This document shows, piece after piece, positions 29,277 to 40,600 of a DNA stretch of 64,000 nt. This stretch comes from an uncultured Bacteroidia bacterium (GTDB lineage Bacteria > Bacteroidota > Bacteroidia > J057 > CALLMJ01): NCBI GenBank assembly GCA_938005475.1, contig CALLNY010000031.1:64001-128000 (forward strand), written 5' to 3'. Every line of letters begins with the position of its first letter. Position 1 is the stretch's first letter. The notes under the pieces are model-generated. The model had not been told where the DNA came from, ran no database searches, and saw nothing but the letters and a program-made list of their open reading frames with translations. A program made the translations under genes and the position numbers.

Positions 29277-29933
29277 TTATTGGGATTGTTTAGGTTTATT
29301 GAGACTATCAACAGGCAATAATAGTTTAGATTGCATGTCTAAAAATTTACCGTTTGTTTGGATTTGGTAAATTAATTTGGTAGGTGGTATATCCTCAACT
29401 TCTAATACTTTGGATAAGAATTGATAGGTTAGATGGAGTTCATTGGAATTGGGTATTACGCATTCTAATATTTCGGAACCATTTTCTTTTTTACGGATTT
29501 TAGCAACTTCAAGAGCATCAATCCATTTTCCTGTACTTTTCTCAAAGCTAACAACATAGAATTCTTGAAGTTCTCCATTGTATAAAATAAAGCCTATTAC
29601 TGATTCAGAGATTTTAAATTTACCGATATAATAAAAGGAAGTGCTTCTAGCATCTTTTATATGAATGGTTTCAATATTTCCTTCTTTGACCTGCACTTTT
29701 TGTCCATCTAAAAATTTTTTTACATAATCAAATTCAATAGCACCTTTGAAATAAGTAGAAGCATTGATTGAATAGGGAAAAGTTATCATAGGGACAACGT
29801 TGTAGAGAGAGTCCCAAACTACAGGTTTGACAATGCTTTCAGCAGAAACTTTTTTTTTATGTTTAGGTTTGGGTTTTTGTCTTTGACAATGAATAAAGCA
29901 TAAACCGATTAGGACTAATAACAATAGTCGCAT
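29277..29933 (-). CDS. hypothetical lipoprotein
   Basis: MRLLLLVLIGLCFIHC lipobox-like signal. No recognised domain. Confidence 0.4.
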   Translation of the reverse strand: MRLLLLVLIGLCFIHCQRQKPKPKHKKKVSAESIVKPVVWDSLYNVVPMITFPYSINASTYFKGAIEFDYVKKFLDGQKVQVKEGNIETIHIKDARSTSFYYIGKFKISESVIGFILYNGELQEFYVVSFEKSTGKWIDALEVAKIRKKENGSEILECVIPNSNELHLTYQFLSKVLEVEDIPPTKLIYQIQTNGKFLDMQSKLLLPVDSLNKPKQSQ

Positions 29934-30058
29934 AATAATTGTTTATCACGCAAATTTACTTAAAATTTTAATTGTAAAAACTTCTTTAACTTATTAAGTT
30001 GATATTTTTCTGAAAGCATTGAAAAATTTTTTTATTTGCTTCTTGAATTTAAACTACA

Positions 30059-30066
30059 TAACTTTG
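30059..30066 (+). promoter_or_regulatory. -7 element TAACTTTG upstream of kynA
   Basis: Exact TAnnTTTG match 22 nt upstream of the ATG at 30089. Confidence 0.4.
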
Positions 30067-30088
30067 TAATAAATTTACAAGAATAAAT

Positions 30089-30988
30089 ATGGATTGGCAA
30101 AAAGAAATTAAGAAAAAATATCAAAATTTAGGGCAAGATTTTAATACTTATTTAGCGGGTTTATATTATGCGAAGCCAATTACTTACTGGGATTATATCG
30201 AGGTGGATACTTTGCTTTCTCTTCAAAAGCCTAGGACGGATTTCCCTGATGAGTTTATTTTTATTGGTTATCATCAAGTTACAGAGTTAGTTTTACGATT
30301 AGCTATTCATGAGTTACAACAATTGGTTTGTTCGGAAGATATTGAAGTTTTTGAAATCAAAATATTGCGAATCAATCGTTATTTAGATTTACTAATATCT
30401 TCATTTACAGTGATGAATCAAGGAATGGATTACGAACAGTATAATCAGTTTCGTTTAACGCTTACCCCTGCAAGTGGCTTTCAGTCTGCCCAGTTTCGTT
30501 TTTTTGAACTTTATTGTACGGATTTAATACAGTTAGTTCCTGAAAAGTTTAGAGAACAATTTGTTGATAATCCCAAATTAGAGGATATGTTTGAATATGT
30601 TTATTGGCAAGCCGCAGGTAAGGATTTTCAAACGGGTAAGAAATCACTGACTTTATCTTTATTTGAAGAAAAGTATTTAAAATCGCTTATTGATTTAGCT
30701 TATCGAAATCAATTTAGTAATTTGCGTCAAAAAGTTAAATTTTTTCAAAAGAAGGGAAAATTAACTGAATCATTAGAAGAGCTATTTAGAACTTTGGACA
30801 GGAAATTTAATATAGACTGGCCGATGGTTCATTTACAGACGGCACATACGTATTTAGGAACTGGGCAATCTGAAAAAGCCGCAACGGGTGGAAGCCAGTG
30901 GGAAAAATATTTACATCCCAAATACCAAAGAAGAATATTCTTCCCTGAACTTTATTCTCAACAGGAATTAGCGCACTGGGGCGAATAG
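30089..30988 (+). CDS. kynA: tryptophan 2,3-dioxygenase
   Basis: ...ITYWDYIEVDTLLSLQKP...FIGYHQVTELVLRLAIHEL...TPASGFQSAQFRFFE... matches TDO family signatures. 299 aa. Confidence 0.6.
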   Translation: MDWQKEIKKKYQNLGQDFNTYLAGLYYAKPITYWDYIEVDTLLSLQKPRTDFPDEFIFIGYHQVTELVLRLAIHELQQLVCSEDIEVFEIKILRINRYLDLLISSFTVMNQGMDYEQYNQFRLTLTPASGFQSAQFRFFELYCTDLIQLVPEKFREQFVDNPKLEDMFEYVYWQAAGKDFQTGKKSLTLSLFEEKYLKSLIDLAYRNQFSNLRQKVKFFQKKGKLTESLEELFRTLDRKFNIDWPMVHLQTAHTYLGTGQSEKAATGGSQWEKYLHPKYQRRIFFPELYSQQELAHWGE

Positions 30989-31127
30989 CTTCTCATATTG
31001 ATGTTTAAACTTTTGTCGCTGGGTAAGAGTTTTTTAGTAGTTTTAAATGGGCAATGGTAATAATGGGGAAAATTTATTTTTTGTTTTTCCTATTTTTTCT
31101 ATAATTTTGAAATTCTTTTTTTAATCA

Positions 31128-31988
31128 ATGAATAACCTTAATTTTGCTTTATTACTATTGTTGCTTTGGGGTATTAGTGAGGAAATAACTGCTCAAAGGC
31201 GTCATAATTATTTTTCTTTTGGTCCTACTCTCGGTGCTACGAATTACAAGGGAGATTTAGATGATAATAATACTTTAAAATTTACAAAGCCAGGAGGAGG
31301 ATTTATAGCTAATTATCATTTTAATCCGCACATGTATTTAAGGTTAGGTTATTTATATGGTAGATTAGGGGCGGCAGACTCTCTTGCAACAGATGAAAAA
31401 AGAAAAAATAGAAATCTTCATTTCAGAAGTGAAATCAATGAGTTTCAAGTTAATTTAGTTTATGATTTTATAGGTTCTTTTGGTCGTTCAATTTTTAGGC
31501 CTATTTTCACACCCTATGTATTTGCGGGATTAGCTATTTATCGATTTAATCCACAAGCACAATTAGAGGGTAAATGGTATAATTTGCAACCTATTGGTAC
31601 GGAGGGGCAATACTTAAAAGGTGTTGAGGGTACTCCCAAACCTTATAAATTAACGCAACTGAACATTCCTTTTGGTGGAGGGTTTAAATTTAGGATGGGA
31701 GAACGGTGGGATTTAGCAATAGAATTAGGTGCCAGAAAATTATTCACGGATTATTTAGATGATGTCAGTGACCGTTATGTTGATCCACAAGAAATGTTAC
31801 GGCAACAGGGTGCTATCCCTATGCAACTTTCCGATAGAAGTGTATTTACGGATTTTGGTGCTAACTATTCTTACAGTGCTTATCGTGAAAATGTAATGCG
31901 TGGTTTTAAAAATCAAAAAGATTGGTACTTTTATACGGGTATAATTCTTACTTATGTAATTGAAGCAAAGGATAAATGCCCTAAATAA
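31128..31988 (+). CDS. outer membrane beta-barrel protein (hypothetical)
   Basis: Signal peptide, alternating amphipathic beta-strands and aromatic-rich turns. C-terminal ...YTGIILTYVIE... Confidence 0.4.
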   Translation: MNNLNFALLLLLLWGISEEITAQRRHNYFSFGPTLGATNYKGDLDDNNTLKFTKPGGGFIANYHFNPHMYLRLGYLYGRLGAADSLATDEKRKNRNLHFRSEINEFQVNLVYDFIGSFGRSIFRPIFTPYVFAGLAIYRFNPQAQLEGKWYNLQPIGTEGQYLKGVEGTPKPYKLTQLNIPFGGGFKFRMGERWDLAIELGARKLFTDYLDDVSDRYVDPQEMLRQQGAIPMQLSDRSVFTDFGANYSYSAYRENVMRGFKNQKDWYFYTGIILTYVIEAKDKCPK

Positions 31989-31999
31989 ATCTTTTTATC

Positions 32000-32851
32000 A
32001 TGTTTTTTTTGTTGGGTTCCGTTATCACCTCTTGTTGGTTGGTGATACTTTTTCGTTTATTTCAAAAAAGAAACATTGAACTTGTTCAAGCTATTACGGT
32101 GAATTATGGGGTTTGTGTAGTTTGTGGTATTCTCTATAACCAAAATATATTTAGGCATATGCTCCATTTAGACTTAGGAGCCTATGGATTAGCTATTTTA
32201 CAAGGTTTTTTATTTATTTTTATGTTTTTTCAAATTGGAAAATCCTCACAAGAAATAGGATTAAGTTATACTGGTTTATTTGGGAGGATTTCTGTGGTAG
32301 TTCCTGTAAGTGTATCTGTATTATTTTTTCAAGAGAAAATCACCTTTCTGCAAGGGATAGGGTTATTATTTGCTTTATGGGCTATTTATTTTCTCAATTC
32401 CTCAAATTTTCAAGAAAAGTTAGAAAGTAAAAATCTATTGAAGCGAGGAATTATTTTATTTGTAGGAAATGGTATAATTGATACTGTTTTTAAGGTATTT
32501 ACAGTTTATTATGCTTTTTCTGTACCACAAGATGTTTTTACGATTATGGTTTTCGGTACAGCAGGTATTTTGGGGCTTACTTATTTAATTTCTCATAAAA
32601 AAATTGTACAATTAAAAAATATTATAGCAGGGATTCTTTTAGGGATTCCTAATTTTTTTTCATTAATTTTTATGTTAAGTGCTTTAAAACGCATGGATGC
32701 ATCAAAATTTTTTCCAATGAATAACATAGGAATTATAATTTTTCTTACTTTTGTAGGAATTTTATTTTTTAAAGAAAGAATTTATTTGAGAACGTGGATT
32801 GGGCTTGCTTTAACTATTATTGCTATTATCTTAATATCTGAATTAATTTAA
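32000..32851 (+). CDS. polytopic membrane protein, possibly EamA/DMT-family transporter
   Basis: About 8-10 predicted TM helices in 283 aa. Confidence 0.35.
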   Translation: MFFLLGSVITSCWLVILFRLFQKRNIELVQAITVNYGVCVVCGILYNQNIFRHMLHLDLGAYGLAILQGFLFIFMFFQIGKSSQEIGLSYTGLFGRISVVVPVSVSVLFFQEKITFLQGIGLLFALWAIYFLNSSNFQEKLESKNLLKRGIILFVGNGIIDTVFKVFTVYYAFSVPQDVFTIMVFGTAGILGLTYLISHKKIVQLKNIIAGILLGIPNFFSLIFMLSALKRMDASKFFPMNNIGIIIFLTFVGILFFKERIYLRTWIGLALTIIAIILISELI

Positions 32852-32865
32852 TTAAAATTATTGAG

Positions 32866-33699
32866 ATGAAAACAGAATTCATACAATCAAACGGATTAAA
32901 GCTATTCACAGTTTCCAATATAATATCAGAGGAATCGCCTACGATATTATGGGTTCATGGTTTTGCGGAGCATTGTTTACGATTTACAGAAATTATAAAC
33001 TACTTTGGGCAAAAAGGCTATAATTCTATCTCTTTTGATTTAAGAGGACATGGTAAAAGTGAAGGGATTAGAGCCTTCATTCGGTATTTTAATGAGTATC
33101 TACAGGACTTGAACGCTGTAAGAAATTATTATGAGCAGAAATACCCTAAAACGAAGTGGTTCTTAGTTGGGCATTCTATGGGAGGGCTGATAGTGATTCG
33201 ATATCATCAAACAATGTTTGAAAAAAATATATGGCAAATGAAAGTGGTTTCTTCTCCTTTGTTAGGAGTTGCGGCTCCTGTTCCAGTTTGGAAAAAGATA
33301 CTCTCAAAATGGATTGTCAATATTTGTCCGCAAATCTCTATCCCTTCTGGATTAAATCCAGACCATCTTTCGCATGACCCTAAAATCGTTGAAAATTATA
33401 AAAATGATAAACTTGTTTTAAAAAATGCAACGGCAGGTTGGTACGAAGCTACTATGCAAGCCATTCAAGATGCCTTTCAAGAAGTAAAAAAAATGCAACC
33501 CGGAATCCATTTTTTGATTGCAGGTGATGACAAACTCGTAGACCCCCATGCTACCCAAAAATTTTATGACCTAATTCCAAAAGAAAATCATTCCAAATTT
33601 AAAATTTATCCCAACATGTATCATGAGATTTTTAATGAAGTAGAAAAAAAAGTTGTATGGGAAGATTTATTGAACTTATTTGTTCATGGTAATTTTTAA
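32866..33699 (+). CDS. alpha/beta hydrolase (lysophospholipase/monoacylglycerol lipase-like)
   Basis: ...ILWVHGFAEHCLRF... and a GHSMGG nucleophile elbow. 277 aa. Confidence 0.7.
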   Translation: MKTEFIQSNGLKLFTVSNIISEESPTILWVHGFAEHCLRFTEIINYFGQKGYNSISFDLRGHGKSEGIRAFIRYFNEYLQDLNAVRNYYEQKYPKTKWFLVGHSMGGLIVIRYHQTMFEKNIWQMKVVSSPLLGVAAPVPVWKKILSKWIVNICPQISIPSGLNPDHLSHDPKIVENYKNDKLVLKNATAGWYEATMQAIQDAFQEVKKMQPGIHFLIAGDDKLVDPHATQKFYDLIPKENHSKFKIYPNMYHEIFNEVEKKVVWEDLLNLFVHGNF

Positions 33700-33963
33700 A
33701 AATATTCTTATAATTACTAACCTAATGAGAGATTGGTGTTACTTATCATTATAGAATAGAACAAAATTTAAAGTTTAAGTTATTTATTTGTAAATCAAAA
33801 AAATAGATTTTTCTAAATAATTATTTTAGAACAAAAAATTGAAAAAAAGTAATTTGTTTTGGTAGATAAAAAATCTTTTCTTGTATATTTGCCAAGTTCT
33901 TTAGAGAAATTGTAAGTAAGGAAATATAATGATATGATAAGTATAAAATACAGGAACTATATG

Positions 33964-36900
33964 TATAAACGACTGCAATACTTGATATTATTACTTTTGA
34001 TTAGTAGTAGTTTTTTATTTGGGCAAGATGCCGCAAAGATTAAGGGGGTCGTTAGAGATAATGAAACCAAAGAAACCCTTCCTTTTGCAACGGTAAAAAT
34101 TTATTTGAACGGAATTTTGAAGGGGGGAATGAATACTGATGATAAAGGAGAGTTTAGTTTTTCTCCAGTTGCTCCTGGTACTTATGATATTGAAGTTTCA
34201 TACTCTGGTCAAATTACAACGATTAAAGGTGTGGTTGTGGGTCCTGGAAAAACTGTGGTTCGGGAAATTTTTGTGGGGGCAGTAGTAGAAATGGGTACTG
34301 TTGAAATTACAGGAGAAAAATTGATTGAAGCAGACCAAACTGCCTCTGGGAACACGCTCACTAAACAGGATTTAGATAAATTAGCTTCAAGAAGTCTTTC
34401 CTCAAACATAGCAACGAGTGCGGGGATAGTGCAAGTAGATGATCAAAGGGGATTCAATGTGAGAGGTGCTCGTGCAGAAGGGCAAGAATATTTCGTAGAT
34501 GGAGTTCGTTTGAGTGGAAGAATAGCTCTACCACGTGCCGCCATTTCTCAATTATCAGTTATTACTGGAGGTACGCCAGCAGAATATGGTGATGCAACGG
34601 GAGGTATCATTCAAATTACTACTTCTGCTCCCAGTGCCGAACACACAGGATCTGTGGAAGCAATTACCTCCGAAGTTTTCGATAAATACGGATACAACTT
34701 AATCGCAGTGTCAGGTTCTGGACCCCTCATCAGTAAAAAAGACTCCACAGGTAAAAAAGTTACTACGAAATTAGGTTACTTTGCAGGTTTTGAGATGGAA
34801 TCCCAAAGAGACGCAAGCCCCTCTGCTGTTGGTATCTATAAAGTAAAACCTGAAATCCTTAAAGACCTTAAAGAAAATCCATTGACAACCTCTCCTGATG
34901 GTACCTTCTTCATCAATAGAGCTAACTACCTAACTAAAAATGATATTATTAACGAAAAATGGAAAGATGGTGCCTTAAATCGTGCAATTAGAGCGAATCT
35001 GCGCTTAGATTATCAATTAGGTAAAAACTCTTTCATTAAAATTGGGGGTAATTACGACAATACCAACCAAAAAATATGGAGTTTAACGAACTCCCTTTTA
35101 GCCCAGGAAGCCTTTGAAAGAAGAAAAGATTATACCGCTCGTGGTTACGTCCGTTTCCAACAGGTATTCCAAGACTCAGGTTCATTCATAAAAAATTTAT
35201 TTTACACTATCCAAGCAGATTACCAAGTGTTCAATCAAAATAGAATGGATGATAGACATCGCGATAAAATATTTAATTATGGGCATTATGGTAGTTTTAC
35301 TTCTAATTTTGCTGAAATTTTGTTCCCTATTACTCCGGGTTCTGAGTTCCACGACCCTTCCATCTCCCAAAGTACTTATTTAGGAACGATTGGGTTTACT
35401 GATACCAGCTATGTTTTTAGTGCTGATAATACTAGTAATCCTTTGATGGCTAACTACCTCAAAAATATCTACTCTTATTTAAGAGAAAACCCCAGAGAAG
35501 TTTTTGATTTCACTACCTTTTCAATTAGAACTACTAATACGGTTACTTCTCAAACCGATTTGCTTATTTTAGGGGGTATTCGTAACGGTGATGTCCCTCA
35601 AAATATTTATTCTCTCTATAATCCACAGGGAACAATATTTGGGATTTATTCTAAATATAATGAGCAAATGTATCGTTTGACAGGGCAGGCTACTGCTGAA
35701 ATTGGTAACCATAACTTTAAGTTAGGCTTTGAATTTCAACAAAGAACACAGCGTTATTGGGGGATTGCTTCTCGCGCTATATGGAGCATTATGAGGCAGT
35801 TAGCAAATAAACATTTAACTACTATCGATTATGACAACCCGATGCCAGTTTATGTGAATGGAGTTTTCCAAGACGTAGTTCATTATGACAGAAAATATGA
35901 ACCCACTAATCAATCTAATTTTGATATCAATTTGAGAAAGGCTTTAGGTAAACCAATTGATGGTACAGAATTCCTACAAATTGATGCTATGGACCCCAGC
36001 ACGTTTAGTTTAGATATGTTCAACGCAGATGAGTTGCTTAATAACGGTGCATCTTTTGTTACCTATTATGGTTATGATTTCAGAGGAAATAGAGTAGGTC
36101 GTAAGGCAGATAGTGAATTCTTCACAAACAAAGACTTCAGACACCAAAACGCTTACTCCCCTTCTTATTTAGCGGTATACTTGCAAGACAAGTTTGAAGT
36201 AAATAAAATGATTTTCAATATTGGTGTACGCGTTGACCGATTTGATGCTAATCAGAAAGTTTTAAAAGATAAGTTTATAATGCGTGATTTTTATAATGCA
36301 GGTGAAGCAGCGAATTTACTTGGTGTCAGTTTACCATCCAATGTTAATCCTAATTGGGCACCATACGTGGATAATATCAATAATCCAAGTAGAATCATAG
36401 GTTATCGTGATGGCTCCATTTGGTATGATGCTACAGGGAATCCTACTGATCCACGCCTGCTCGCCGCAAGTGGTAAAGTACAGCCCTACATCAAAACGGA
36501 TACTTTAAGTATTGACGCTTTCACAGATTACAAACCTCAAGTAAATATTATGCCTCGTATCTCTTTCTCTTTCCCTATCTCTGATGAAGCTTTGTTTTTT
36601 GCCCATTATGATGTACTTACTCAACGCCCTAAAGCCGCAGAAGTGGGGCAGTTCACAAATTATCTATACATTAACCAAAATGCAACCGAATCTATCACTA
36701 ACCCTAACCTAAAACCTGAAACCACCATAGATTACGAAGTAGGTTTTAAACAGGCTATCGGTGATAAAATGGCTTTAACTTTAACGGCTTTTTACCGTGA
36801 GATGCGTAATATGATCCAGATTTTACGTAACAATTATGCGTATCCTATTACCTATGATTCTTATGAGAATTTAGATTTCTCCACAGTAAAAGGTTTCTCA

Positions 36901-37674
36901 GGATCTATTGAAACTCGTAGAATGGGTCCTGTCAAGATGCGTGCCGCATATACTTTACAATTCGCAAGTGGGACAGGTTCCAGCTTCAATTCCTCCAGAG
37001 CTACTTTAGGTTCCATTGAAGGTTTTGCTGTGTTAAGAACTTTGTTACCTTTATCCTTTGACCAACGGCATACTATTACAGGTAATGTGGATTTCCGCTT
37101 CACAGGTGATCAAGTAAAACCTGGCAAGTATTTGAACGGTCCCGGTTTCGGCGGCAATGACTCCACAGGAAAAAGATTTTATCCTTTCAAAAACTTTGGT
37201 GCAAACTTAACCTTTAATTTAGGTTCTGGTACCCCTTATACTCGTAACTCTTTACCTAATACTGCTGATGTGCAATTTGGTATAAATGCTAACAATCAAA
37301 CTGCAGGTACTCCGATGGGTTCCAGATTACCATTCAATCTACGTTTTGATTTAAGAATTGATAAAGATTTCTTCTTTGGTGGTAAAGAAAAAGTCAATGA
37401 AGAAACAGGCCAAAAATCACGCACAAGAGAGTATTCTATGAATGTTCATATTTTATGTTTGAACTTATTGAATACCAAAAACATTATAGGGGTTTATACG
37501 TATTCGGGTTTGCCTGATAATAATGGATTTTTACAATCTGGCATTGGTCAGCAAACGATTGCAACGCAGTTTAGTCCTGCTTCATTTGTGGATTTATACA
37601 CAATTAAAGCGAATAGTCCATTTAATTTTAGTTTACCAAGACGTTTAAGATTAGGAATTATTTTTAACTTTTAA
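33964..37674 (+). CDS. large outer-membrane TonB-dependent-receptor-like protein with N-terminal carboxypeptidase-regulatory-like domain
   Basis: Signal peptide MYKRLQYLILLLLISSSFLFGQ, ...KIKGVVRDNETKETLPFATVKIYLNG... (CarbopepD_reg) and a plug-like ...NVRGARAEGQEYFVDGVRLSG...TGGTPAEYGDATGGIIQITT.... About 1236 aa. A -7-like TATATTTG lies at 33883-33890. Confidence 0.6.
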   Translation, partial: YKRLQYLILLLLISSSFLFGQDAAKIKGVVRDNETKETLPFATVKIYLNGILKGGMNTDDKGEFSFSPVAPGTYDIEVSYSGQITTIKGVVVGPGKTVVREIFVGAVVEMGTVEITGEKLIEADQTASGNTLTKQDLDKLASRSLSSNIATSAGIVQVDDQRGFNVRGARAEGQEYFVDGVRLSGRIALPRAAISQLSVITGGTPAEYGDATGGIIQITTSAPSAEHTGSVEAITSEVFDKYGYNLIAVSGSGPLISKKDSTGKKVTTKLGYFAGFEMESQRDASPSAVGIYKVKPEILKDLKENPLTTSPDGTFFINRANYLTKNDIINEKWKDGALNRAIRANLRLDYQLGKNSFIKIGGNYDNTNQKIWSLTNSLLAQEAFERRKDYTARGYVRFQQVFQDSGSFIKNLFYTIQADYQVFNQNRMDDRHRDKIFNYGHYGSFTSNFAEILFPITPGSEFHDPSISQSTYLGTIGFTDTSYVFSADNTSNPLMANYLKNIYSYLRENPREVFDFTTFSIRTTNTVTSQTDLLILGGIRNGDVPQNIYSLYNPQGTIFGIYSKYNEQMYRLTGQATAEIGNHNFKLGFEFQQRTQRYWGIASRAIWSIMRQLANKHLTTIDYDNPMPVYVNGVFQDVVHYDRKYEPTNQSNFDINLRKALGKPIDGTEFLQIDAMDPSTFSLDMFNADELLNNGASFVTYYGYDFRGNRVGRKADSEFFTNKDFRHQNAYSPSYLAVYLQDKFEVNKMIFNIGVRVDRFDANQKVLKDKFIMRDFYNAGEAANLLGVSLPSNVNPNWAPYVDNINNPSRIIGYRDGSIWYDATGNPTDPRLLAASGKVQPYIKTDTLSIDAFTDYKPQVNIMPRISFSFPISDEALFFAHYDVLTQRPKAAEVGQFTNYLYINQNATESITNPNLKPETTIDYEVGFKQAIGDKMALTLTAFYREMRNMIQILRNNYAYPITYDSYENLDFSTVKGFSGSIETRRMGPVKMRAAYTLQFASGTGSSFNSSRATLGSIEGFAVLRTLLPLSFDQRHTITGNVDFRFTGDQVKPGKYLNGPGFGGNDSTGKRFYPFKNFGANLTFNLGSGTPYTRNSLPNTADVQFGINANNQTAGTPMGSRLPFNLRFDLRIDKDFFFGGKEKVNEETGQKSRTREYSMNVHILCLNLLNTKNIIGVYTYSGLPDNNGFLQSGIGQQTIATQFSPASFVDLYTIKANSPFNFSLPRRLRLGIIFNF

Positions 37675-37678
37675 AAGT

Positions 37679-40600
37679 ATGGCTCAGAAAGTAAAAAAAC
37701 AGTTAATTTGGATATGCTTGATGTGGTTGGGATTAAGCATACAAGCGAAAGAAAATGTGCCTGGTGGTCCAAGGAAGACGGGCGGGGTAGCGAAAACTGC
37801 GGCTGGCTGTGTGCCTTCCAGTGCTTCCGCTCAATTAGATATCAATAACGTAAGAACGTTGTTGCACAATGGTGGTGATATGTGGTGGGATTTAGTGGGC
37901 AATCCCCGCTATGAAGTTCCCAAGGGTTCGGGTAAGCATTCTGCTTTTGCCGCCTCGTTGTGGATTGGTGGGTACGACCAAGCGGGGCAGTTAAGAGTTG
38001 CCGCCCAAACCTATCGGCAAAGTGGTAACGACTTCTATCCAGGTCCTTTAAAGGTTTCCCCCGGTCAAAATTACGGACCTGCTTCAACGGATGATGCTAT
38101 CTGTAAGCAATGGGATAGAATGTACAAAATTACCCGTGCTGAAATCAATCAGTTCAGAGCAGATTTTGCTTCCGGTACAGTAGATTTTTCTAAATATCCT
38201 ACTATTAAAGAATGGCCTGCTATGAATAATGATCCCGACTTCGAAACCTACCTCGCTCCTTTTGTAGATTTTAATAATAATGCTATTTATGACCCTGAAA
38301 CTGGTGGTGATTATCCCAAAGTAGATGGCGATCAAGCAATATGGTGGGTCATAAACGATAAAGGAAATATTCACACGGAATCCGGTGGAGAACAAATTGG
38401 CCTTGAAATTCAAGTGTTAGCTTTTGCATTCGTTGCATCTAACCAATTAAACGATATGACTTTCTATAAACAAAAAGTCATCAATCGTTCAACAAATACT
38501 ATTTTTAACACTTATATTGGGCAGTGGGTAGATGCTGATTTAGGGAATTATTCGGATGATTATGTAGGTTGTGATACGATTAGAGGTTTAGGTTACATCT
38601 ATAACGGGGATAACAATGATGAAACAGCACAAGGTTATGGGACTGTAATACCTTCGTTTGGAGTAGATTTCTTTCAAGGACCTTTGGCAGACCCCAATGA
38701 TGGTATTGACAATGATAAAGATGGCATTGTTGATGAGCCCGGCGAGCGAATCGGCATGGCTAAATTTGTTTATTATGATAATGATTTCACTCCTTATGGG
38801 AATCCATCAAGTCCTAATCATTTTTATCAATATCTGACAGGTTTTTGGAAGGATGGTTCTCCCATGACGGCAGATGGGCAGCGTGGACGTTCTCCTGAAT
38901 CTTCTGCAACTCCGAGAACAGACTACATTTTCCCGGGTTGGCCAGGGGGACCTTGTGCCGCTCCCTCAGGTTGGACCGAAAAATCCGCAGGAAATCCTCC
39001 TTTTGACCGACGTTTCTTAATGTCAGCAGGTCCTTTCACTTTAACTCCTGGTGCTGTCAATGAAATCGTTGTAGGTGCTGTATGGGCGCCCGGCTCTCCT
39101 AATGATGAAGTTGCTTCTTTATGTAAGTTGTTAAAAGCTGATGACATCGCTCAAGCGCTATTTGACAATGATTTCCAGGTTCTTAATGGTCCTGATGCTC
39201 CCGATTTAGTTATCAATGAATACGATAGAGAATTGTTATTAACTTGGGATTATTCTAAAATTGGTTCTATCTCAAATAATTATTTTGAAAATTACTCCGA
39301 AAAAGACCCTGTCTTAGCAAGTTCAGTGCTTCCACCAGGCAAATCCCCATTCTTCAAATTTCAGGGCTACATCGTTTACCAATTGATTGATAGTACGGTG
39401 TCTGCATCAGAACTAACCAATACTGATAAAGCGCGTATAGTATTACAATGCGATATTGAAGATTCTATTAGTACGATAGTTAATAGGACCTCAGAATTAG
39501 TAGCGGGATTATCTGATCCTGTGATTGTTGACCAAATCATGGTTCAAGGGGCAAACAAAGGAATTGTGCGTTCCGTAAGAGTAACAGAAGATTTATTTGC
39601 AGAAGGTACAGACAAACGTTTAGTTAATTATAGACCTTATTACTATACTATTATTGCTTACGCTTATAACGATACTTCTGCGGATGGTAGAAAATTCGTT
39701 CCTGGGAATGGAAATTTCAAGAGGTACAAGGGCACTGCTCATAAAGTAGAGTTTGAAAAATTCGGTACTCGTTTAAATTCTCAATACGGTGATGCCCCCG
39801 AAGTTACTCGTATTCAAGGTAATGGTACAGGAAATAGATTTTTAGATTTAAAAGATGAAGTTAGAAATAATATTTTAACGGGTTCAGTTAACAATTTGGT
39901 CTATCAATCAGGTTTTGCTCCCTTTGATATTAAAGTAGTAAATCCAAAAGAGGTACAAGCCAAGGAGTATATGTTAAGACTTACGGTAGATTCACTAGTA
40001 GAGGATAGAGGGGCAACGCAAGTTCGTGCTGATTGGGTTTTATATGCTAAATCGAATAATGCATGGCAAGAGATTTATAAATCTACTTATGTTTATGATG
40101 TGGCAACGGGCATATCTAATCCTGCTCCTTTAAATGGTGTTGAAAAGGTAGTCAATGGTCATGGGATATCTATTGCAGTGAAGAATCCATTAGATCCAGG
40201 GAATTGGCAAACTGACCGTACAAATGGTTTTATAGGAGCATCTATTGAGTATAGTGACCCTTCAAAGCCTTGGCTTTCGGGGTTAGAAGATTACGAAACT
40301 AATACAATAGACCAATGGAACTGGATTTTGTGTGGTAATGCGCATAAAACCAGTGGTAATCCTAATGTTACAGAGGATTATGGTGCTGAAGGTGCACAAG
40401 CTCCTATGCAATTTTATAGAGATTATAAGGCTTATGACCCTAATGAAGTGTATGAAAAGATTTTAGATAGAACATGGGCTCCCTATATTATGACACGTTC
40501 CTATAATATCAATACGGGGGTTGTTGGTCCGAGAATATCTTACGGTTCCTCTACTAACAACAATGAAGCGTTTATTGGTGATGCAGTGACGCTGGATAAA

